Shown piece after piece: positions 21,197 to 30,333 of a stretch of 64,000 nucleotides of DNA (within the stretch, counting starts at the first letter, position 1; each line of letters starts with the position of its first letter). The position numbers and the translations under genes were made by a program. The DNA is from Actinomycetota bacterium (GTDB lineage: Bacteria; Actinomycetota; Acidimicrobiia; IMCC26256; VFJJ01). Under the pieces are notes generated by a model. The model searched no databases. It saw only the letters and a program-made list of their open reading frames with translations, and was not told the origin of the DNA. The stretch lies in NCBI GenBank assembly GCA_009886115.1, contig VFJJ01000051.1, forward strand, positions 1 through 64,000. The letters run 5' to 3'.

Positions 21197-22056
21197 GCGT
21201 CGCCCACCTGTGCAGCACCAGCACGTGCAGCCGCCGCCGCGTTCGTCGCCTTGTAGTGCTCGCGGGCGTCGCGGTACGACCGGCGTCCGGCGGTTCCCAT
21301 GCCCAGATAGAGGTCCTTGATCTTCTCGTCGTTGCGCAACTCGTCGGCCGAGCCCTCGCGCGCCACCCGGCCGTTCTCGAGCACCACGGCCCGGTGCGCG
21401 ATCGACAGCGCCATCGAGGCGTTCTGCTCGACCAGGAGCACGCTCGTGCCTTCCGCGTTGATGTCGACGATGATCTGGCGGATCTGCTCGACGACCATCG
21501 GGGCCAGGCCCAGCGAGGGCTCATCGAGCACGAGGAGCCGAGGTTGGGCCATGAGCGCCCTGCCGATGGCCACCATCTGCTGCTCGCCCCCCGAGAAGAA
21601 CCCGGCCCGCTGGCCTCGACGCTCGGCGATCTTCGGGAACCAGCCCATGACCTTGGCATGCGTGGCTGCCGTCGCCGCCTTGTCCCGAACGGTGAAGCCG
21701 CCGGTGCGGAGGTTCTCGTCGACGGTGAGCTCACCGAAGATCCGCCGACCTTCCATGACCTGCGCTATGCCCGCCCTGACGATGGCGGTCGACGACTGCC
21801 CGTCGATCCGACGCCCGTCGAGCACGATCTGGCCTCGCGTGATCTTCGCCCGGTGCACGGGCAGCAGCCCGGTGACGGCCCGCAAGAGGGTGGTCTTGCC
21901 CGCCCCGTTGGCGCCGAGGATCGCCACGATGGAGCCCCGCGCGACCTCGAGCGACACGCCGCTCAGGCCCACGATCACATCCTGGTAACGCACCTCGAGA
22001 TCGTCGACCCGGAGGATCGGCTCGGTCGTCGCGTCGTCGTCAGCGTGTTCCACCAT
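21193..22056 (-). CDS. ABC ATP-binding protein (LivF-like)
   Basis: GANGAGKTT, EGRRIF, SGGEQQM, LDEPSLGLAP and LVEQNA motifs. Confidence 0.94.
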   Translation of the reverse strand: MVEHADDDATTEPILRVDDLEVRYQDVIVGLSGVSLEVARGSIVAILGANGAGKTTLLRAVTGLLPVHRAKITRGQIVLDGRRIDGQSSTAIVRAGIAQVMEGRRIFGELTVDENLRTGGFTVRDKAATAATHAKVMGWFPKIAERRGQRAGFFSGGEQQMVAIGRALMAQPRLLVLDEPSLGLAPMVVEQIRQIIVDINAEGTSVLLVEQNASMALSIAHRAVVLENGRVAREGSADELRNDEKIKDLYLGMGTAGRRSYRDAREHYKATNAAAAARAGAAQVGDA

Positions 22057-22152
22057 CCCCCCCCAAAGAGACTGGCAGTTCGACCATGGTAACCCGCATC
22101 GTCGCCGTATGGGTGGGTGGCACGATCGGCGTCGAACTGCTGCCGTTCGCGC

Positions 22153-22947
22153 CTAGAGGTCGAGCATGGCATCGAGACCCAGCGTGAGTCCTGGGCGCGA
22201 CATCACCTGACGGACGGCCAGCAACACGCCAGGCATGAACGACGTGCGGTCGTAGCTGTCGTGGCGGATCGAGAGCGTCTGGCCGGCCGTACCGAGCAGA
22301 ACCTCCTCGTGAGCCACCATCCCTCGCAATCGCACGGAGTGGACCCGGATCCCCCCTGCGCCTTCGCCGCCTCGAGCGCCTTCCAGGACGTACGTGGTCG
22401 TGGGATCGGCCGCCCACGCAGACGACGCCGCGGCCATGCGTTCGGCGGTCATCATGGCCGTGCCCGACGGAGCGTCGATCTTGGCGTCGTGGTGAAGCTC
22501 GATGATCTCGGCCGTCTCGAAGAACGGCGCCGCCAGCTCGGCGAAGCGCATCAACAAGATCGCGCCGATGGCGAAGTTGGGTGCGATCACGGCGTTGCAC
22601 GGTGCCTGGCTGAACAACGCGGTGAGCTCGGCGATGTCGGTGGCACTGAAGCCGGTCGTGCCGACCACGGCGTGGATTCCCTGCTCGGCGAGCCACGTCA
22701 AGTTGTCGCGCGCTGCGTCGAGCTCGGTGAAGTCGATGGCCACCTGCACTCCAGCGGCGATGAACGCGTCACGGCGCCCGCTGATCTCGAGCCCCGTTCC
22801 GCTGATGCCGAGCTGATGGATGTCGATGCCGGCATGGTACGGATCGACGGCGGCCACCAACTCGACGTCGTCGGCCTCGCTCACAGCCTGGCAGACCGTC
22901 GAACCCATGCGGCCACCAGCTCCGAGAACTCCGACCCGTATCACCAT
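22153..22947 (-). CDS. dapB: 4-hydroxy-tetrahydrodipicolinate reductase
   Basis: GAGGRMG, VVGTTG, APNFAIG and ELHHDAKIDAPSGTA motifs. Confidence 0.96.
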   Translation of the reverse strand: MVIRVGVLGAGGRMGSTVCQAVSEADDVELVAAVDPYHAGIDIHQLGISGTGLEISGRRDAFIAAGVQVAIDFTELDAARDNLTWLAEQGIHAVVGTTGFSATDIAELTALFSQAPCNAVIAPNFAIGAILLMRFAELAAPFFETAEIIELHHDAKIDAPSGTAMMTAERMAAASSAWAADPTTTYVLEGARGGEGAGGIRVHSVRLRGMVAHEEVLLGTAGQTLSIRHDSYDRTSFMPGVLLAVRQVMSRPGLTLGLDAMLDL

Positions 22948-22994
22948 CGGCGGAGGCTACCCGCTGCTGTCACGATGCTCTCAGGCGATCGTGC

Positions 22995-24260
22995 TCAGGC
23001 GACGCGATCGGCGAAGGCGTCCTCGGTGAACGGCCCGACGACAGCCAGCACCGGCGATGAACCAACGAAGAGGCGCTCGACCACCCGGCCGATGTCGTCG
23101 AGGCTGACCGCGTCGAACTCCGCGACCATCTCGTCGATCGACGGCAGCTCGCCCAGGGTCAGCTCGCTGCGCCCCAATCGCGTCATCCGCGACGACGAGC
23201 TCTCGAGTCCCAACGCGATGCCACCCTTCATGGAGCCCTTGGCGTTGGCCAGCTCCCGGGCCGTGATCGAGCCGTCGCGTACGAGACGGTCGACCTCGAC
23301 GCCGATGAGGTCGAGCACCTGGCTGGCTTGGTCGGGCGACGTGCCCGCATAGATGGCGAGCGCGCCGGTCTCGACGTACGCCGCCCGGTAGGAGTACACC
23401 GAGTACGCCAGCCCGCGCTTCTCGCGGATCTCCTGGAAGAGCCTCGACGCCATACCCCCGCCGAGCACGTGGTTCAGCAACGAGATGGCGTGACGGTCGA
23501 CATCGGTCCGGGAGACGCACGGGACGCCCCACACGATGTGGGCCTGCTCGGTCGGGCGCTCGTACACGTACAACCGTCGAGGCTCGGCCAGCGCCGGCAG
23601 CTCTCGGTCGGGACGATCTCCGACCACGCCCCGCTGACCGGCGACGACCCGCTCGACGAACGCGTCGTGATCGAGACGGCCGGCCGCCGCCACGACGATC
23701 GAGCGGGGTCGGTAGTGCGCGCCGTGGTAGTCGGCGATGGTCGACCGGTCCATACCCTCAATCGTGTCCTCGGTGCCGAGCACCTCGCGGCCCAAGGGGT
23801 GCGACGGGTAGAGGGCTTCCGCGAAGAGCTCGTGAACGAGATCGTCGGGCGTGTCGTCACGCATGTGGATCTCTTCGAGGATGACCTGGCGCTCCGACTC
23901 GATCTCGTCCGGGCGAAAAGCCGGGGCCCAGATGATGTCGGAGAGGATGTCGAGCGCCATCTCGAGGCTCTCGTCGAGCACGCGCACGTAGAACGCCGTG
24001 TACTCCTTGGTGGTGAAGGCGTTCATCTCCCCACCCACCGACTCGACCGCCTCCGCGATCTCGAGCGCCGTACGCGTCTCGGTCCCCTTGAACAACAGAT
24101 GCTCGAGGAAGTGCGACGCCCCCTGCTCGGCCGGGGCCTCGTCGCGCGATCCCGCATCGACCCAAAAGCCGACCGACACCGACCGCAGCTCGGGCATGGC
24201 CTCGGTGACGACCCGCAGGCCGTCACCGAGCACCGAACGTCGCACCGCGTCGGTCGTCAC
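22995..24260 (-). CDS. M16 family zinc peptidase (pitrilysin-like)
   Basis: HFLEHLLFKGT (HxxEH), NAFTTKEYT, SRLFQEIREKRGLAY; usual position downstream of pnp. Confidence 0.93.
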   Translation of the reverse strand: MTTDAVRRSVLGDGLRVVTEAMPELRSVSVGFWVDAGSRDEAPAEQGASHFLEHLLFKGTETRTALEIAEAVESVGGEMNAFTTKEYTAFYVRVLDESLEMALDILSDIIWAPAFRPDEIESERQVILEEIHMRDDTPDDLVHELFAEALYPSHPLGREVLGTEDTIEGMDRSTIADYHGAHYRPRSIVVAAAGRLDHDAFVERVVAGQRGVVGDRPDRELPALAEPRRLYVYERPTEQAHIVWGVPCVSRTDVDRHAISLLNHVLGGGMASRLFQEIREKRGLAYSVYSYRAAYVETGALAIYAGTSPDQASQVLDLIGVEVDRLVRDGSITARELANAKGSMKGGIALGLESSSSRMTRLGRSELTLGELPSIDEMVAEFDAVSLDDIGRVVERLFVGSSPVLAVVGPFTEDAFADRVA

Positions 24261-24372
24261 GAGTGAGCACCGATGTCGACGAGCCAGAGCACCGGGACGA
24301 CGACCCGTTGGTCGTCACCCGGCGCGAAATCCCTGACATCCCACGCTGTGGTCACGAAGGGAGCCGAAGCCG

Positions 24373-26916
24373 CTAGCGCCGGCGCGGGCCACCGCGACGG
24401 GGACCCCCGCGTCCACCCGGACCGCTCCGCCCACCGGGGCCGCCGCGATCGCCGCCACCACCGCCACCGCCGGCGCCACGTTCTTCGGCCGGACCCAGGT
24501 CGCCGAAGAGCTCCTTGGCCTGATCGTCCCAGGATTCCTCGAACGAGACCCGGTCGGCCGGGTTCTGCACACCCTCGCCGACGGCACCGTTGGAGCTCTC
24601 GCCCCGGTCGCCGCCGCTGTCGCGATCGTCGTCGGAGCCCGAGCGACCGCCACCGCCGCCGCCGCCACCGCCGCCGCTGCTGCTGGTGCTCGGGGCTGCG
24701 GTCGCCGCGTCACCGGCCAACGACAGCGACAACTTGCCGTTGGGGTCGATGTCGTCGACCCGCACCGTGACGGAGTCGCCGAGGTTGAGCACGTCCTCGA
24801 CCCGGTCGATGCGCTTGCCGCCACCGAGCTTGGAGATGTGGACCAGGCCGTCACGGCCCGGGAGGATGTTGATGAACGCACCGAACTTGGTGACGTTGAC
24901 CACGGTGCCCTGGTACTCGGCACCCACCTCGGCCTGCGGCGGGTTGATGATCGACTCGATCATGCGCCGGGCGGCGTCCATCTGGGCGCTGTCGCGAGCC
25001 CCGATGGTGACCGTACCGAACGCGCCGTCGCCGTCGACCGAGACCTCGGCCCCGGTCTCCTGCTCGATGGCGCGGATCGTCTTGCCCTTGGGCCCGATGA
25101 TCTCGCCGACCTTGTCGCCGGGCACCTCGATCGAGATGATCTTCGGCGCCGTGGCCCCGACCTCTTCCCGAGGCCGCGAGATGGCGTCGAGCATCACGTC
25201 GAGGATGGCCATCCGAGCGTCACGGGCCTGCCCGAGGGCCTGCTTGAGGACGTCGGCGGGGATGCCGTCGATCTTGGTGTCGAGCTGGAGGGCCGTCACG
25301 AAGTCACCGGTCCCGGCGACCTTGAAGTCCATGTCGCCGAAGGCGTCCTCGACACCGAGGATGTCGGTGAGGGTCGTGTACTTGCCGTCCTGGAAGATGA
25401 GGCCCATGGCGATCCCGGCCACCGGGGCCTTGATCGGCACGCCGGCGTCCATGAGCGACAGGGTCGAGCCGCACACCGAGCCCATCGACGTTGAACCGTT
25501 CGACGAGAGCACGTCGGAGACGACCCTCAGCGTGTACGGGAACTCCTCCGAGGTCGGGATGACCGGGATGAGCGCCCGCTCGGCGAGGGCGCCGTGGCCG
25601 ATCTCGCGACGCTTGGGCGAGCCCACCCGTCCCGTCTCGCCCGTGGAGTACGGAGGCATGTTGTAGTGGTGCATGTAGCGCTTGGACGTGTCGCCGCCGA
25701 TGGTGTCGAGCATCTGCTCCATCTTGGGCATGCCCAGCGTGGTCACCGACAACACCTGGGTCTCGCCCCGCTGGAAGAGCCCCGTGCCGTGCGCGGTCGG
25801 GATCACCCCGACGTCGCTCGAGATCTTGCGCAGGTCGCGGGGTCCACGACCGTCGATGCGCAGACCCTCGTTGACCGCACGCGACCGGCTGATCTCCTTC
25901 TGGAGCCCCCGGGCCGCGGCCTTGACCTCACGGCCGCGGCCGGCGAGCGCTCCGGGTGCGTCGCTCGTGCCGACGAGCTTGGCGGCCAGGTCGGCCTCGA
26001 TCTCGGCCAGCCGGGCGTTGCGGGCGGCCTTGTCGGCGATGGTCATGGCCTCGGCGAGCTGGTCGCCGGCGGCGGCCTTCACCGCAGCCTTCACGTCGTC
26101 GGCGTAGTCGACGAACAGCGTGTAGGGCATGGTCACGATGGGACCCCGCTCGGCCTCGACGCGGGCCTTGAGCTGGAGCTGGAGGTCGATCGACTGGCCG
26201 ATCGGGCCCTTCGAGAACTCGAGGCCCTCGGCGATGACCTCCTCGGTGACCTTGGGGGCGCCGGCTTCGTAGAGCTCCCACGAGGCTTCGGTGCCGCCGG
26301 CTTCCACCATCATGATGGCGATGTCGCCAGCGTCGGTGCGTCGACCGGCGACCACGATCTCGAACGTCGATGCGGCACGCTCGTCGAACGTGGGGTGCGC
26401 GAGCCACTGGCCGTCGTGATGGGCCAGGCGGACGGCGCCGATGGGGCCGTCGAACGGGATCCCCGAGATCGTCAACGCCGCCGAGGCCCCGTTGAGCAGG
26501 GCGATGTCGTACGGGTTGACCATGTCGACGCCGAGCACGGTGCCGACCACCTGGACCTCGTTGCGGAACCCTTCGGGGAACGCAGGACGCAGGGGTCGGT
26601 CGGTGAGACGGCAGACGAGGATCGCCGACTCGCTCGGACGGCCTTCCCGGCGGAAGAACGAGCCGGGGATCTTGCCCACGGCGTACATGCGCTCTTCGAC
26701 GTCGATCGTGAGCGGGAAGAAGTCCATCCCCTCACGCACGTTGCGGGCGGCGACTGCGGTCACGAGGACCGAGGTGTCGCCGATGGAGACGAGGACCGCG
26801 CCATCGGATTGCTGGGCGAGGACGCCCGTCTCGAAGGACAGGATTCGGGGAGCCTCCGCGGTCGGTCCACTGACGGGACCCTCACTGCGGATGGCGGAAA
26901 CGGCGGCAATGGTCAT
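24373..26916 (-). CDS. pnp: Polyribonucleotide nucleotidyltransferase (PNPase)
   Basis: FFPLTID, RLTDRPLRP, RREIGHG, SNGSTSMGSVC, GDMDFKVAG, KH and S1 domains; AAGGAG RBS before the ATG at 26916. Confidence 0.97.
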   Translation of the reverse strand: MTIAAVSAIRSEGPVSGPTAEAPRILSFETGVLAQQSDGAVLVSIGDTSVLVTAVAARNVREGMDFFPLTIDVEERMYAVGKIPGSFFRREGRPSESAILVCRLTDRPLRPAFPEGFRNEVQVVGTVLGVDMVNPYDIALLNGASAALTISGIPFDGPIGAVRLAHHDGQWLAHPTFDERAASTFEIVVAGRRTDAGDIAIMMVEAGGTEASWELYEAGAPKVTEEVIAEGLEFSKGPIGQSIDLQLQLKARVEAERGPIVTMPYTLFVDYADDVKAAVKAAAGDQLAEAMTIADKAARNARLAEIEADLAAKLVGTSDAPGALAGRGREVKAAARGLQKEISRSRAVNEGLRIDGRGPRDLRKISSDVGVIPTAHGTGLFQRGETQVLSVTTLGMPKMEQMLDTIGGDTSKRYMHHYNMPPYSTGETGRVGSPKRREIGHGALAERALIPVIPTSEEFPYTLRVVSDVLSSNGSTSMGSVCGSTLSLMDAGVPIKAPVAGIAMGLIFQDGKYTTLTDILGVEDAFGDMDFKVAGTGDFVTALQLDTKIDGIPADVLKQALGQARDARMAILDVMLDAISRPREEVGATAPKIISIEVPGDKVGEIIGPKGKTIRAIEQETGAEVSVDGDGAFGTVTIGARDSAQMDAARRMIESIINPPQAEVGAEYQGTVVNVTKFGAFINILPGRDGLVHISKLGGGKRIDRVEDVLNLGDSVTVRVDDIDPNGKLSLSLAGDAATAAPSTSSSGGGGGGGGGGRSGSDDDRDSGGDRGESSNGAVGEGVQNPADRVSFEESWDDQAKELFGDLGPAEERGAGGGGGGGDRGGPGGRSGPGGRGGPRRGGPRRR

Positions 26917-26950
26917 GCCGCGCTCCTTTCTGGTGACGACCGTGCCCGGC

Positions 26951-27053
26951 CGGTTCCCAGTGGTCATCCCCCGGCGAAGGCCGGCCCGACACGAGCGCGG
27001 CACCAGCGCTCGGCGCACGGGCGGCGGGGTCGGGAGATCACGACTGACAACCG
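26951..27053 (-). ncRNA. pnp 5' leader stem-loop (Actino-pnp-like; probable RNase III processing stem)
   Basis: Minus-strand CGGTTGTCAGTCGTGATCTCCCG pairs with CGGGGGATGACCACTGGGAACCG at 20 of 23 positions (including G-U), in the rpsO-pnp spacer. Confidence 0.65.
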
Positions 27054-27189
27054 ACGATGACATCGGTCGAGTGAGACGTCGACCGGCATTCCCGGCCGAC
27101 GATGATGCTAGGCGCGCCACGAGGGGCTCGAGCGCGTTGACGGTTGCGGTCCCGGCCAGCGGGTGGACGCACCATCGGGGGAGAGGGGG

Positions 27190-27447
27190 TTACCGGCGGA
27201 GGCCCAACTTGGCGATGAGCGCCCGGTACCGGTCGACGTCGGTCCGGCGCAGATAGTCGAGGAGACGGCGACGCCGCCCGACGAGCATCAGCAGCCCGCG
27301 ACGTGAGTGGTGGTCCTTCTTGTGCACCTTCAGGTGCTCGGTGAGATGGGAGATACGCTCGGAGAGGAGCGCCACCTGAACCTCGGTCGAGCCGGTGTCG
27401 GTCTCGTGGGTCCGGTGGGCCGCGATCGTTGCGGAAGGGTCAGGCAT
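27190..27447 (-). CDS. rpsO: 30S ribosomal protein S15
   Basis: [15 protein letters not shown]...[25 protein letters not shown]. Confidence 0.97.
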   Translation of the reverse strand: MPDPSATIAAHRTHETDTGSTEVQVALLSERISHLTEHLKVHKKDHHSRRGLLMLVGRRRRLLDYLRRTDVDRYRALIAKLGLRR

Positions 27448-27548
27448 CAGCGCAGGACGTCCCTGTGTTCGTGTCGTTCGTAAGCTGGCACCGTAGCAGG
27501 TCGGCGCCACCGAGCCCGGGATCGACCCCGTATGGCCCGCACGGCCGT

Positions 27549-27587
27549 TCCAGGCCGCCATCACTCCAGGCCGCGATCACTCCAGGC
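27549..27587. repeat. 16-bp tandem duplication across the ribF stop codon
   Basis: TCCAGGCCGCCATCAC / TCCAGGCCGCGATCAC / TCCAGGC. Confidence 0.8.
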
Positions 27588-28398
27588 GCTGGAGGAATCG
27601 GACCCGGGCCTCACCCGAGAACCGGGCCGGTGGGCCGTCGACGCCGTGCACGCGCATGAGCACGTCACCGAGCGGCGTCGACATCCCCGACACGGCGATC
27701 GTGACCGGGTGCCCGACCCCGTCGATGTCGCCCAGGTACTCCCCCGCGGCCGGCAGGCAGAACTCGGGCCAGACGGCCACGCGCAGCTCGTGGCCGGCTG
27801 GCGCCACGAACACGCCGCGCGCCTCGTGGGCCCGCCCGAGCAGCATGGCCGCTCCCGCGACATCGCCCCCGGCGAGCAGGCCCCGGATACGGGTCGACGA
27901 GTACACCGCAGCCGAGTCGGCGACGAGGTCGAGAGCGACCACGTCGAAGCCCAAGCCGCGGCCCATCTCCTGGAGCAGCGCCACGTTGCCCTTGCGCTGG
28001 TATCCGAAGTGGAAGTCGGCGCCCACGCACACCGTCTTGGCCCGGGCCCGCTCGACGAGGACCTCGAGAACGAACTCCTCGGCGGTCTCGGTACGCCGGT
28101 GCTCGTCGAAGGTGACGACCCAGACCGCATCGAGCAGGCCCGTGCGCTCGAGCAGCTCGAGGCGGTGGGGCAACGAGGTGAGCAGCCGGGGCGCCGACTC
28201 CGGGCGCACCACGCGGGCCGGGTGCCGATCGAACGTGACGAGCCCGGCGGCGAGGCCGCGCTCGTCGGCCAGACGGCGCACCTCACGGATGAGGGCCTGG
28301 TGACCGAGGTGCACGCCGTCGTAGGCTCCGATCGTCACCGCAGATCCGCGCGACGACACGGCGGCGACGATGGGGTCGGCGTCGCGAAAGACCTGCAT
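27577..28398 (-). CDS. ribF: FAD synthetase family protein (FMN adenylyltransferase domain; C-terminal kinase domain degenerate)
   Basis: GAYDGVHLGHQ, TFDRHP, GADFHFG and YSSTRIR motifs; no GFPTAN motif in the short C-terminal part; sits between truB and rpsO. Confidence 0.85.
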   Translation of the reverse strand: MQVFRDADPIVAAVSSRGSAVTIGAYDGVHLGHQALIREVRRLADERGLAAGLVTFDRHPARVVRPESAPRLLTSLPHRLELLERTGLLDAVWVVTFDEHRRTETAEEFVLEVLVERARAKTVCVGADFHFGYQRKGNVALLQEMGRGLGFDVVALDLVADSAAVYSSTRIRGLLAGGDVAGAAMLLGRAHEARGVFVAPAGHELRVAVWPEFCLPAAGEYLGDIDGVGHPVTIAVSGMSTPLGDVLMRVHGVDGPPARFSGEARVRFLQRLE

Positions 28399-29318
28399 CA
28401 GGTGTCGATCCCCACGACGACGAGCGGGCGGGCCTCAGCCCCGGCCATCGCATACACGGCGAGCAGCTCACCGGCCTCACCGAAGACCGCGAACGATCCC
28501 GAGCCGCCTGCGCCGGGAAGCGACCGCCCTCGACGCACGTCGACCTCGAGCGGGCCCGAGACGGTCAGGTGCGCCATGCCCCGGACGGCCTCGGACGGAG
28601 GGAGCAGCGCGGCCAACGGTTCGGCGGCGATGACGTCGAGCGAACGGGCGTCGCCGTCGGTGAACGCCCCGACGGCCGTGCGTCGCAGCCGGCCGAGATG
28701 GGCGTGACCGCCGAGCGCCTCGCCCAGGTCGGCGGCCAGCACCCTGACGTAGGTCCCCGACGAGCACTCGACGAGCACGGTGGCCGTGGGGGCGGCACGG
28801 CCCTCGAGGTCGGGCGCCTCACCGAAGTCCTCGACCTCGAAGCGAGCGATGGTGACGGGCCGGGGCGCCCGCTCGACCTCGATGCCCTCGCGGGCGAGCT
28901 CGTGGAGCCGCCGACCCCCGACCTTCACGGCCGAGACCATCGGCGGCGTCTGCATGATGTCGCCGATCGAAGCCGCCGCGGCGGCCTCGACCTGCTCGCG
29001 CTGCAGCCCGTCCATGGCGGTACGGGCCGTGACGGTCCCCGAGGCATCGAGCGTGGTGGTTGCCGTCCCGAACACCACGACGCCGCGATACACCTTCGTG
29101 GTGTCCTGGAGGAAGCGCAGCAGGCGCGTCGCCCGTCCGATCCCGACGAGCAGGACCCCGGTGGCGTCGGGATCGAGGGTACCCGCGTGGCCCACCCGTC
29201 GCAGCCCGTAGATCCGGCGGAGGACGGCGACCACGTCGTGGGAGGTCATCCCCGGCGGCTTGTCGACGACGACGATCCCGTGCACGTCGGCATCGGTGGG
29301 GCGGGCGCGGCGGGCCAC
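28398..29318 (-). CDS. truB: tRNA pseudouridine(55) synthase
   Basis: DKPPGMTSHDVV, GHAGTLDPDATGVL, PPMVSAVK and CSSGTYVR motifs. Confidence 0.97.
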   Translation of the reverse strand: MARRARPTDADVHGIVVVDKPPGMTSHDVVAVLRRIYGLRRVGHAGTLDPDATGVLLVGIGRATRLLRFLQDTTKVYRGVVVFGTATTTLDASGTVTARTAMDGLQREQVEAAAAASIGDIMQTPPMVSAVKVGGRRLHELAREGIEVERAPRPVTIARFEVEDFGEAPDLEGRAAPTATVLVECSSGTYVRVLAADLGEALGGHAHLGRLRRTAVGAFTDGDARSLDVIAAEPLAALLPPSEAVRGMAHLTVSGPLEVDVRRGRSLPGAGGSGSFAVFGEAGELLAVYAMAGAEARPLVVVGIDT

Positions 29319-29361
29319 GACGATCAGCGCCGACGGCTCGGCCCGGCCGGGCTCGGACGGG

Positions 29362-30333
29362 TCACAGGGTCGAGACGATGCGGGCGATGGTGTCGGCTAC
29401 GCCGGCCGACGACGTGAACCCGGCAGCGAAGCGGTGACCGCCACCCCCGTTGAGCTGGGCGATGTGGGCGACGTCGGTCTCGCCCACCGAACGCAGGCTG
29501 ACGCGCCAGGTGCCGTCGACGGCTTCCTTGAGGATGCAGGCCACCTCGGCCTCCCGGGTTCGGCGCAGGAGGTCGATGAGGCCCTCGAGCTCGTCGAAGG
29601 TGACACCGTGACGCTCGAGGTCGGCTCGAGACACCGCGGCCCACACGAACGACCGCTCGACATCGAGGGTGGCTCGTCCGAGCACGTCCGAGACGAGCTG
29701 CAGGTAGGCGAACCGGTGCTCCTCGAACAGGCAGCGCGACAACTCGGCGATGGGGAGGTCGAACCGGGAGAGCTCACTGGCGATCGAGAACACCTCGGCC
29801 GTCGTGCACTCGTAGGTGAAGCGCCCGGTGTCGCAGACGATGCCGGCGTAGAGGCAGGTGGCGACGTCGCGGGTGAGGGGCAGTCCCAGACGCTGGATCA
29901 GTCGGTACACGATGACCGCGGACGCCGCGGCGGCGGGGTCGACGACGTTGATGGTGCCGTAGCAGTCGTTCGAGACGTGGTGGTCGACGACCACGAGCTC
30001 GCGGGCGGCCTTGGCCGAGACGGCCAGCTCGCCGAGTCGATCGAGCGAGCCGCAGTCGAAGGTGATCATGCACTCCGGGGTCGTCGGGAAGCCCTGGGGA
30101 GGCGTCAGCAACTCGAGGCCGGGGAGCAGGCGGTAGTGCGGGCCGATCACGAACGGCTCAGGGAACGAAGCGATCGTCTCGCGGCCCGATGCCCGGAGCG
30201 CGTGGTGCAGGGCCAGGGTGGAGCCGAGGGCATCGCCGTCGGGGTTCACGTGGCACGCCAGGCTGATCGACGAGGCCGATCGGAGGACCAGCACGGCCCG
30301 CTCGAACGGCTGGTCGGGATCGTCGTCTGTCAT
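29362..30333 (-). CDS. nrnA: DHH/DHHA1 family bifunctional oligoribonuclease/PAP phosphatase
   Basis: HVNPDGDALGS, VDHH, DTGRF, SLRS and GGGGH motifs. Confidence 0.92.
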   Translation of the reverse strand: MTDDDPDQPFERAVLVLRSASSISLACHVNPDGDALGSTLALHHALRASGRETIASFPEPFVIGPHYRLLPGLELLTPPQGFPTTPECMITFDCGSLDRLGELAVSAKAARELVVVDHHVSNDCYGTINVVDPAAAASAVIVYRLIQRLGLPLTRDVATCLYAGIVCDTGRFTYECTTAEVFSIASELSRFDLPIAELSRCLFEEHRFAYLQLVSDVLGRATLDVERSFVWAAVSRADLERHGVTFDELEGLIDLLRRTREAEVACILKEAVDGTWRVSLRSVGETDVAHIAQLNGGGGHRFAAGFTSSAGVADTIARIVSTL

